A DNA stretch of 55,277 nucleotides, from the NCBI GenBank assembly GCA_032718475.1, contig JAUCBJ010005493.1:1-55277 (forward strand), read 5' to 3'. This DNA is from Nemertoderma westbladi. Its lineage: Eukaryota > Animalia > Xenacoelomorpha. Positions 27,186 to 37,800 of this stretch are shown here, piece by piece. The notes below the pieces were generated by a model, which did not search any database, was not told where the DNA came from, and worked only from the letters and a program-made list of their open reading frames with translations. Both the position numbers and the translations under genes were made by a program. The stretch's first letter is position 1. Every line of letters starts with the position of its first letter.

Positions 27186-27839
27186 CACAACTGTAAATGA
27201 TCTGATCGCCGTCATAGTAACGGGTAAAAACGCGATTCCCTGTCAGCGGCGCCGGATGCCATATGACCTTCTCAATGCGAACGTGTGGCGGCATCAACGG
27301 CTCCTGTTCCTGCTCGCAAGGATACTGACGCAGATGCTCCACGCACAGATCCTCTACAACTTCCCAGTTGCCGTCCATATCACAACGGACCGTTTTAACG
27401 TTGGCCGCTTTCTCGAAACCGCTACAAGGCCGTATATTCGAGTAAGAGAATGTATACCCATGCTCGTAAGTGCCGCTTTTGAAAGAGGTTATCACACTTC
27501 CTTTGCTAGCTAGTACTGATGTTTGTGACAGTCCGATCCCGTCCAATTGGGATGTGCGACACACGATTTTGGAACACTCGTATTCCAGTTGTGGCCAACC
27601 GGTGGCCTCGCAGACTATCTCTGTTGGTCCTTTGGTAGCGTTGTAACCCGCCTCACAGATGTAGCCCGCCTTACTTGGTGTCACCCATGGACCCAGGTAG
27701 GAGGTATCTATGCGCGAGTTCGATTTGGCCTGTGGTGGAGGACCGCAGTGTATGGGTACATTGTCGCATAGCGAACTGAGTCCCAATGGAAGCCACTCAC
27801 TATTCTCCGAACACACAGCTTCTTGCTTCTTATCAATAA
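27171..27839 (-). CDS. Exon (phase 1-1), Sushi/CCP repeats; its 3' end seeds the 52-bp array
   Basis: Acceptor ttttttacag, donor A|GTAAGT at 27170. The join CEKGYT-S-IPPSQKVSVTC with the next exon restores a CCP domain. Confidence 0.9.
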
Positions 27840-27977
27840 CTGTAAAAAAATAGTTTTATATAATAGGATAAAATAAAGACAATTTAAAACATGATATATT
27901 AATTTACGCAGACAGTTTAACGCAATGCATTTTATGACCAGTTTGTATTTCGGTGACATCATAATTTTTGTTAACCT

Positions 27978-29162
27978 TGTAAAAGCTTTTGCGGAATTAG
28001 CTGGTTATTTTTCCCGCAAAGTACTCTGTAGTTGGTTTAACGGACATAAAAAGCCGTTTCCTTACTGTACCGGTGTTTTAGTGGACATAAAAAGCCATTT
28101 CTTCTGTATGTGTAATTTAGCGGACATAACTAGCAATTCTATGTCGCAATACGCTAAAATCCCCTTGAAACAGTGTAGTTACTATGACGACAGCTAACAG
28201 CTGATCTGTACACGTGGAGCTTTTTCTTTGTTCTCTGTCGTTTCTTTGTTCGGTCGACCAATCAGAGCGTTTTTTGACTCTGTGTTGGAGGTTGTATACA
28301 GAAACTCATGAATTGAGTCAGTATGTGTATTTTGTCCACAGCCAGAAGACCGGCTTTGGAACCTCTGTGTTTTCAGGCTTTAGCCCAACATTAGTAGGCT
28401 TAATCATAGAAACGTATATCTGTTATCTTAACAAATCAATCATAACATAACTCACTCACCTAATCATATTGTCAACTACAAACACCGCATTTTTACTGCT
28501 ATTTACTGTCGGTTATTCATTATATCAGTTGATGGAATATTGTTATATTTGGATAATATCGATCAATAATCAGAAACCCCAATCTTCTTGATATACTGAA
28601 GGTTAGAGAGACCGGTTACATATAACAATTGCGACTTACATTAAAGTGGTTTTGGAGTGAATCTAATGCTATTTCATAGGCACTACATGAGTCGGTTGTT
28701 GTTCTCTTTATATGTGACTAAAATTAGTGAAGGTCGGCAGATCGGTGTGCAGCATTGTGCGGTATTGTGCATGATTGTGACTGATAACAAAGCATCTCCT
28801 AAAGAATGCGCTATATACGTGAATCCATAGCCATCCCGTTGTGTCTAGTGTAAGTCATAACTCTGTTTACATATTTAGAGCGCCACGTCCTAAAGGAACT
28901 GTTAATATTTCCCGAAAGTGAATAATATTTGTCAGAGACTATATATTACGATCAGTCGAATAATACAGTAGGCCTACACCGCAATAAGGTTAGGCTTCCG
29001 AATCCAGTCTCCCGGGTATATCCAGCGGGTGAATGGTCGCGCATAGACTGGCTTCGGCTAATGTAGTGTATCAAATACTCGTCATAGGCTAAAGTCGATT
29101 TATTATCTAGAAGACATCCAAATTTGGCAGGTTAAACTGCTAAAGGTCTGAGAGCGCGAACA
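27978..29162 (+). repeat. 5' LTR (1185 bp)
   Basis: Starts tgtaaaagc, ends gcgcgaaca. About six substitutions spotted relative to the 3' LTR. Confidence 0.96.
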
Positions 29163-29174
29163 ATAACAGATATA
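29163..29174 (+). promoter_or_regulatory. Non-tRNA primer-binding site, complementary to LTR positions 28415-28426 (putative self-priming)
   Basis: ATAACAGATATA abuts the LTR terminal CA with no spacer and no TGG. Its exact reverse complement TATATCTGTTAT occurs in both LTRs (28415, 46633). Confidence 0.7.
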
Positions 29175-29503
29175 GATTTCAAATTGCAGTGTAGGCAATA
29201 AAAGCAGTTTAATATTGTTCTGGTAAGAACAATAACGGTTATTGCTTCTGTATTGCAGTAGGAAATAAAGCTGAAGTACCGGTGAACCGGTACCCAGTAG
29301 GCCTAACTACCTAACCACACGAACCGGTACTTACAGCAGTACAGGTACAGCAGTATTATTCGATTTTGATAATTATATACCGGTAGGTCTGAATAAGTAA
29401 TCGGGGACGCCTGGTTTTTATTGGGATTTACTTATTTCTGTCAGTTTTATTTATTTGTAGGCTAATATTGAGCAGAAGGCGTGTAAGCCTGCTCAGATTG
29501 TAC

Positions 29504-30084
29504 AGATAATTTGTAGGCTGGACTGTTGTCTGACTGTTGTTAAGTCTGAAGAGATTGCGGTGTGTGTAGAGTGTATGTCCGATAAAGTACTAGTTAGGAA
29601 AGTAGGGGCTTCCAGTGCTGTGAGGTAAATCCCCTCGAAAGAATAAGTCGTACTACTCGGTTAGAACGCATACTAACTAACCATTTCGGAGTCTGCATAT
29701 ACTGTAGTTTGTTTAGGCTTGATAGTAGTCCGCCAGCGTTTGGTCTGTATTTTGTATGTGTAGTCTGTACGGGTAGTGTAATATTTCTTATTTAGATAAT
29801 TTGTAGGCTGGATTGTTGTCTGGCTGTTGTTAAGTTTGAAGAGATTGCGGTGTGTGTAGAGTGTATGTCCGATAAATTACTAGTTAGGAACGTAGGGGCT
29901 TCCAGTGCTGTGAGGTAAATCCCCTTGAAAGAATAAGTTGTACTACTCGGTTAGAACGCATACTAACTAACCATTTTCGGAGTCTGCATATACTGTAGTT
30001 TATTTGGGCTTGATAGTAGTCTGCCAGAGTTTGGTCTGTATTTTGTTTGAGTAGTCTGTACACGTAGCGTAATATTTATTATTC
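29504..30084 (+). repeat. Two tandem copies of a ~290-bp unit in the retrotransposon 5' leader
   Basis: agataatttgtaggctgga...gagattgcggtgtgtgtagagtgtatgtccgataaa recurs at 29504 and 29794. Confidence 0.9.
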
Positions 30085-31033
30085 AGAGTTTATGCGATTA
30101 TTCGCAACATTCATATCCCCAAGTTAATTCCTACAGTAATTGTGTTTGTTGTACATACCGTTATAGTTAAATTAACCCCGGTACTACATCAGGGCTGCTT
30201 GGCGTAGGTAAAGACTGGTGATTTTGTGCCCCGGTCACTCCAGCAGATACCGTGGTTCTTTTAGCTGTACAAGTATTTCTAACTGCTGATTATTTGTTGT
30301 ATAAGTACTTGTACCTAATTTAGGGTTTAGTGTACAGTGCTTTCCGAAGGTAATTAGTGTGTAGGCAGTATATTTGTGTTGTAAAATGGTTAATAGGCAC
30401 GTTGGTTCTGGTAGACCGCGGTAATTAACTTCTTGGTAGGAACACTCCGTGATACATAACGTAGTACTTATAGCGATACGGCTATAAGTCGTCAGACGGT
30501 GGTATTTTTCTATCTGGACAACGCAATATATTTACTACTGCTTGTTATTTTTAAATACCTTAGTACCCTGTCCGTTGTAATAACCAGATATCCTAACCCT
30601 TTGTTGGGCTGGTTTGTAGACTTCTTGTAAAATTACCCTAAAAATTTGTACGTGTAATTTTTGTGTTTATTTAGAGATTGTAATCTCACCCCGAATTGTA
30701 CGTAATTTGTAGTATTAAGTAACTTAGGTAAATTATAATTATTTGTTTTAGTGTCCAACAAGTAGCACTTCACTGAGAGTGTACAGCTTCTGTGCAGTGA
30801 CACCTTCCCAGAAATAATAACATTTATTTCGAATATTGACAAAAACCCATTAAAACGGGTATATATATTATAAATCAACTCAAACCGATTTATAAAATAG
30901 TAGGCCTGTCATACAACAATTAGGTCTTAATATCAGTTGGACTACTGCTTAAATAACGGTAATCAAGTAAAGTAAAGTAAACAAAACAAGTAACCCCTAA
31001 AATTCAGAAATTCAATTATTCTAAAATAATTGA

Positions 31034-31290
31034 CATACCGGTATTTGCAATAGGCTTATTATATTTATTTCTATAAATTTAGGCTAAATTATATACCGGT
31101 ATTCTGTAATTAATTCTAGTCTGTAATTATACTTATATATATACATTATAAGTGTAAGCTGTATACCGGTATTCACGATAGGCTTATTATATATTGCTAT
31201 ATATTTGCGCTGAAATTACATACCGGTATTCTGTGACAAATCTAGTCTGTAATAATACTTATATATATATTATAAGCATACTGGTATTCT
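31034..31290 (+). repeat. Diverged ~127-bp tandem duplication in the leader, rich in TACCGGTA
   Basis: ataccggtatt...ataggcttattata...ataccggtattctgt...ctagtctgtaat occurs twice. Confidence 0.7.
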
Positions 31291-31424
31291 AATATATTAT
31301 ATATATATCACGCTACACTGAGTAGCAGTATCGGTAATTAATTACTAGGCTAACAGTTGATACTGAATTACTAGACTTGCTTTAACTGTAATATAGCAGT
31401 AGGCATTCAACTGTACAAACAAAC

Positions 31425-31853
31425 ATGTCTGACACAAAGCAAAACCTGTCAGACAGTCTCCTAGATACGACCATCTGTGACCCAGACAGGAGTGTGGAAC
31501 GTGTGAGACCGAAGTTCAACTCACCTCCTACTGTAAGAAAGATCATCCCTCCAGTAGTAGTATCCGACCCTAGGCTAGTCCAACACCGTAGGTCTATCAT
31601 AGGCATTCGAGCTCAAGTCAAGCGAGACCAAGAAGCAGCGGAACAGCAGCAACACTCGAGCCGAGAACGTATTTCTCAGCGGCCCGACAGCTCCAGTAGT
31701 GCGGATACTGTAGAGCTGACACCCGAGCTTGGAGCAAAGATGGCGGATGCGATTTATTCGGATCCCCTTCTCATCCTTCCTGCAGCCGTACTCACTAGGG
31801 TATTGATTGCGGTGGAGGAACACCAGATTGATTGGGCGAGAAGTAAGCGATGA
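31425..31853 (+). CDS. 142-aa ORF upstream of gag, overlapping it by ATGA (separate ORF or frameshifted Gag N-terminus)
   Basis: Coding-like composition starts at ATG 31425. The stop TGA overlaps the ATG at 31850. Confidence 0.5.
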   Translation: MSDTKQNLSDSLLDTTICDPDRSVERVRPKFNSPPTVRKIIPPVVVSDPRLVQHRRSIIGIRAQVKRDQEAAEQQQHSSRERISQRPDSSSSADTVELTPELGAKMADAIYSDPLLILPAAVLTRVLIAVEEHQIDWARSKR

Positions 31854-32594
31854 CCAAGGATAGTTATGCGGGATACACAAGGGAAGAATTGAAGTCTATT
31901 GTCGAGTCGCAATGGAACTTCCCCGGACCCGGACTCCCGTTTGACTTATCGGAAGCTGCCTGGGAAGACATACACAGGATGGGAGTAACAAAAGAAACCA
32001 TCGATCCAGCTGTGTGGAAGAGGTCAGCAGCAGGATACATACAGGGATTCTTCAGCTCTATGGAGCGATTAGAGGAACAACTGTTTCGACAACCCCAAGG
32101 ACCTCAAGAGCAGGGAGAGCTGCTTTATCAAGTTAGAGAAAGAATTCTACGAATCAGACTAATCTTATCGGCCTTTGAGGAGGCTTCGAAAAGAAGACAA
32201 GACACGTCGTTGCAAGTTGCCGTAAAGACTTGGTTTCAGCGGGTGAGTCTCCAAGTTCAAGGAACTGCCCAGTGGAAATCTCAGCTGGCTGAGCGCTCAA
32301 CCCATGGAGAATCAACAGACGCTACATTTTCCCAAGTGGAAAGTGAAGCGACGGCAGAGAAACTGCATAAGAGGGATGCCATTGACATCTATCTGTCGGA
32401 CTATCAACGTTTTGTAGGAGATGAAGAGTTGAGGAGAAGGCTAGATGGACTTAGCCCTAATAGTGAAGGAGCCAAGCTTGTGTTGGACGCAATAGATGCG
32501 GATATGATAGCTGCGAACCAAGCTAAATTTGATGAACGCCTCCGCATCACTAAGGTCCAAGAAGAACAAGTAAAGAAAAAACGTATAGAAGACA

Positions 32595-32840
32595 GAAAGA
32601 CAGCGGCAGTGGCAGCAGCAGTGGCAGCGGCAGAAGTGGAAAGAAAAGCGGCAGTGGCAACGGCAGTGGCAGAAGCGGAAAGAAAAGCGGCAGCGGCAGC
32701 GGCAGAGGCAGAAGTGGAAAGAAAAGTGGCAGCGGCAGCGGCAGAGGCAGAAGCGGAAAGAAAAGCGGCAGTGGCAGCGGCTGAAGCGGAAAGAAAAGCG
32801 GCAGTGGCAGCGGCAGAGGCAGTGGCAGAAGCAGAACGGA
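32595..32840 (+). repeat. Coding tandem repeat in gag (AEAERKAAVAAA-like)
   Basis: Recurrent gaaagaaaagcggcag/gtggcagcgg blocks. The antisense ORFs here are shadows of this repeat. Confidence 0.85.
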
Positions 32841-34188
32841 GAGCGTCTGAAGAAGCCACCCAACTGGAGTTGGAAAACATTCAAGAGAATCAAGACTGCA
32901 TAAATAAACAGTTAACAGCTAGTCAAATGCAGATGATGAGTCGATCAACTCCCAAAAGACAGGGATATACATCATCTGAGGAAGGCGATACCACCGATCC
33001 TGAAGGCGGAGGAAATAGATCTCGTCTAAGCAGACGTAGAAGAATGTCCCACCGTCAGAAATTGCCTGATTTGCCCCCAGCTGTTAGAAGGCAACTAACT
33101 AACACAAACTTAGGTAGTACAGAACCCACAGACCAAATAATTAACATAGAAAGACTCCCTACTATAGTAGATGAGCCTGAAATAATTAGGCCTGTTCTCG
33201 AAGCCACCCCTTCGGTGATAGAGACACCTGTACTCCCAGAACCTACCTCTAAATTCCCTTTGCATAGCACTAAACTACCTGTGCCCAGCAGAACAGCCCA
33301 TGAGACAGTTCCTGTTCTGGACTCCGAGCGAAATATCAATGATTTGTCGCCCGTTGTCCCCCGTCCACCCGCTACTACGTTGGCGGCTCCCGCTTCAGCG
33401 GTCGAGTGGGTGGATCAGAGACGGCGGGGGATGGATCTCCTGCTCGGGCAGATGCAGGAGACTGTTAAGCAGTTCAAAGGCACAGTAAGGGAAAGTAGGT
33501 TAGAGTTGCAAGAAGTGCAGCAAAGTATCGCGTTAGAACGCGATAAATTAGTAAATACACAAAAGGGTATACCACCACCCCCTGTAACAATGTGTCAACC
33601 TGTTAGGTCTGAAGTATTTCATGCGAAAGGTGTGGAGCCTACACGCATCTATACTGCTAGCGAAGTGGAAACTCCTATAGTAAACCCTATTAAGGGTAAT
33701 TATAAACCTGTTGACAATGATATTCCATATAGACCTGATCATAATCCGAGAAATTTATATACCGATAACTCGATATTAAATAACACGATGGCCCAAGAAA
33801 GTTTTACGCGTCAAATGGCTAGAACCGAAGCCCGTCAAGCGGTAAAGGTGGGAGAGATCGTCAAGTTCAATGGAGATGAGATGAAATGGTTACCTTTTAA
33901 TGAATATTACAAAGATAACATACAGAACTCTGTGCTATCAAACGGAGTGAAACTTAGATTCCTCATCGAGTGCTTGGAAGGATCTCCCAAGTTAATGGCG
34001 TTAAAGTTTATTGGACATCCCGATGGATTAAGACAAGTTTGGGATACCCTAAACATCAGGTATGGTAATAGGAATAACATAGCTAGGTATTTGTATGCAA
34101 AATTGGTAGTGCCCCGAAAATTCATTAGCAGCGGGATTATAGAGTTTTCCGATGAGATTCAGGAGATCTGTAGACAATTAGATTGGCT

Positions 34189-34857
34189 GATCGGATGAGC
34201 ATAAGCTCAAAGGATGGTATGCTTGAGCATGTGGACGACTTCTGTTACCTGGGATCATGGATCCGGAAGTCAGGTGAGGACCTTCGAATACGTAAGGGAA
34301 AGGCATGGGCAGCCTTGAATAGGCTTTCCAGGATCTGGAAGTCACCTATAATTAATCGGAAACTTAAGGTCCGATTATTTAGAGCAGCAGTAGTTCCAGT
34401 ACTCCTCTACGGGAGTCCATGCTGGGCTCTAACTGCTGAGGACACCAAATCTCTGGATGGCACATTCACAAGAATGCTACGCCGGGTACATTGTGTCAAG
34501 TACAATGCACACATCTCCAACCAGACACTATATAACATTGGAGGTGTCTCATTGGTTCCCCCAAGCTTGACACTAGAACAAAATCGCCTCCGCTTTGCAG
34601 GACATTGCTTTCGCCGTGAGGACCAGCCAGTGCATAATCTTGTACTTTGGCAGCCTCTTGGAGTGAATAAGCATGGTGGACAGCCCATGACTTTCTTGAG
34701 ACGCATCTTAAAGGACACTGGCCTTAAAGATGCGGATGATCTAGCAAATGTCATGGGTGATAGGGAGTTGTGGCGGTGCAATTTTGTTGACAAGCCGGCA
34801 CAGCATTCTTAAAAATGCAGCTGCAATGCAGCATGCCGATCCTAGTAGTAGTAGTAG
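34189..34857 (+). mobile_element. 5'-truncated RTE-type non-LTR retrotransposon fragment nested in gag
   Basis: 10-bp TSD TAGATTGGCT (34179-34188 and 34858-34867), (TAG)n tail, RT C-terminal motifs FCYLGS, VLLYGSPCW, RLRFAGHCFR. Removing it rejoins gag in frame (RQLDWL-GKSHEY). Confidence 0.92.
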
Positions 34858-37800
34858 TAGATTGGCTAGGTAAGTCTCATGAATATCAGAGTTCTATGGT
34901 TATTGGAGCTGTGGCCTCTACTTTACCGAAGGGTGGAGTAGGTACACGCTGGGATAAGAAAGTGTTATATATGATGGAACAGCAACGACGAGACCCTACC
35001 ATGGCTGATCTCATGTCATTCTTAGATGGAGAAGTGAAATTACAGCTCCAAAAGCAGTCCAGAGAGAAGACACCGGAAAACAAGGTAAGTGAGAAACCCG
35101 TTTCTAGGAGAAAGGTAACACCAGTGTGTTATACCGACGACGGCGAAAGCCAGGCTTCTCAAGGAGAGGACAGCGGGAAAGACACTGAAAGATCTTATTA
35201 TGTCAACAAAACGCCCAAAGACGTAAGTAAATTCAGGTCTCTAACCAATGACAGGAGAGAACAGGTAAGAAAAACCCCTCCTACATCTCCTAAGAGAATT
35301 CAGGTAAGAAAGCCCGAAGAAAGAACGAGTGTGCACAACGTTACTCAAAATAAGGTAAGTAACATCAAACCGAAATGTGCGCTGTGTGACGGGCCCCACC
35401 GTTTGAATGTGTGTGATGAATTCCTAAAGAAATCATTAACGGATAGACGGGAAGTCATGTGGGATAAGCGGTTGTGTTATAATTGCCTCAGACAAGGACA
35501 CCAACGGCGAACCTGTTACTCCGACGTAAGGTGTGCAAAGTGCGGTGCGAAACATCATATCTTGTTGCACACTGAAAAGGATATGTATGAAAAGGACACC
35601 GACAGCGAGCTCACCCTAACTACTTCTGACCGACAACCATCTTGGAAAGCACCAACTTCCAATGTAGGAATCCGAGAATTTCCTGTAGTGCAGTTAAGGG
35701 TCCACGGACCTACAAGGAGTTATATAGTGAACGCCCTCCTTGACTCCGGTAGCACAGGAACATTCATCGACAAAGAACTTGCCGAAGACATCTTTGCTGG
35801 ACAACCCAAGTTCCGAACTAAGCTAAACATGTCAGGAATTATGCAGGTTTGGAAATCTACAGTAATAGCGGATTATTATGTAGGTGCGTTGTCCACCCCC
35901 CAGGATGAACTAGGACAACACAGCATAAGGTCAGTAAAAATGGTGGCGATAAAGAACTTCGCTACCAGCCAAGTAGAACATTATAACTGGGATGAGGACG
36001 ATTTCACCCAGCAGCTTGATATACCTAGATTCAACACCGATTACCCTGGAGTGCAAATACTCATCGGTCAAAATGCGCACGAGGCGCTCGAGACATTGGA
36101 GAAACGGCCTGCTCAACCGCAACCACTACAAGCTTATGCGGGAAGAACTAGAGTGGGTTGGTACTTTACTGGCCCTTCCCGTAGAACTCTCATGGAAAGA
36201 TTACCAAAAGATCAGGTATATCAAGTAAGAGAATGGGAAGTGGAGAGTAGTGAGGTAGACGATCCAACTGAGGGAATACCATACTCCTCAGATAATGACG
36301 ATATCCACCAACTCTTCGACGAGGAGAATACCATTGATCTCCTTACGGAAAACGAGACTTGGCAAAACCAAGTGAACCTATGTCAGCTCATTCGTCCATC
36401 AGAACGAGTCGACTATAACGACGAACTGAATGACGTAATTGAACGTTATAATGCAAAAACTCGGGATGAACACGCCGTACGATTCTTTACTCAAGAGGCT
36501 GTAGAGCCCAATTCCTACGATAAGGCCCTATCGGTAGAAGAAGAAAGAGCCAAGCAGATCCAAGAGACAACTACACGTTTTCTTAAAGATCAAGGTAGAT
36601 ATGAAATCGGTCTACCTTTCCGAAAGCGAGAACCAAAGTTCATAAACAACAGACCCTTGGCGGAGAAAAGAATTGCTCAACTACATCGACGCCTTACGGC
36701 AAATTCTTCAGCTAAAGAAATGTATCAGACGCAGTTGAAGAAATTTATTAACAAAGGATATGCGGAGCGAGTACCGGAAGAAACACCTATAACTGAGAGA
36801 TCGTATTATTTAACACATCATTACGTTCCCAAACCCGGTAAACCTCATGAGGTACGAGTAGTGTTTGACGGCTCCGCCCTTTACATGGGCCAATCCCTTA
36901 ATTCCGAGTTGTTACCAGGACCCAACTTACTCCAATCCTTGTTGGGAATACTCTTAAGATTACGACAATATTCAATCGCTTTCGCCTCCGATATAGAAGG
37001 CATGTTCTTACAAGTCAAGGCGTTGGATAGGGATCGAGACAGCCTACGATTTCTGTGGTGGCCTGAAGGTGACCTCAACCAGAAACCGGTGGAGTATTGG
37101 ATGACCATCCAGGCTTTTGGGATCATCTCAAGCCCTTCAAACGCCTGCTCAGTGGTGCGCACCACTGCTGATGACAACCGGGACGCCTTCTCGAAAGAGG
37201 TGATCGACAACATCAAACGGGATATATACATGGACGACAATTTAAAGTCCCTTCCATCTGTGGAAGAAGCCATTGATGTCGCCAAAGGAACGGTAGAGTG
37301 CTTAAAAAGAGGTGGATTTCGATTAACTAAATTCACCAGCAACTCCCGTGAGTTTCTGGAGTCGATCCCGGTAGAAGATCGAGGAGCGAAAGACCTAGAT
37401 CTAATCAAAGATGATCTTCCAGAAACCAAGACACTTGGTTTGAAATGGGACACAGAGAGAGATATCCTGTTTTTCCAGCTAAAACAGCGAGATAATCCAG
37501 TTCGGACTAAACGGATTTGTTTAAGTATCCTGAGCACTTATTTCGATCCATTGGGATTTATTAGCCCAGTTATATTGATTGCTCGGAGTTTAGTACAACA
37601 AATGTGGCTTGAAAACCACTCATGGGACGATCCACTTAAGGGAGAATTATTAAAGAAGTGGATGAAATGGGAAGATTCTCTACCCGCCATCGAATTAGAA
37701 TTATAAGAATTATAATTTCCCGTTCATATTTTGGTCATGTTCTCCCTACGTATTCCTATCAACTCCATGTGTTTGGAGACGCCAGCGATATGGGAATAGG

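Noticed and set aside
28214-28450. Identical 78-aa ORF at 28214 and 46432
   Set aside because: Simply lies within the two LTR copies; GTG start and no coding evidence.
29221-29238. TGGTAAGAAC as a displaced tRNA PBS
   Set aside because: It is 58 nt from the LTR end, too far to define the LTR boundary, and sits in the loop of a local hairpin (tattgttc/gaacaata).
32404-32893. Ala-rich and Cys/Arg-rich minus-strand ORFs
   Set aside because: Antisense readings of the gag coding repeat.
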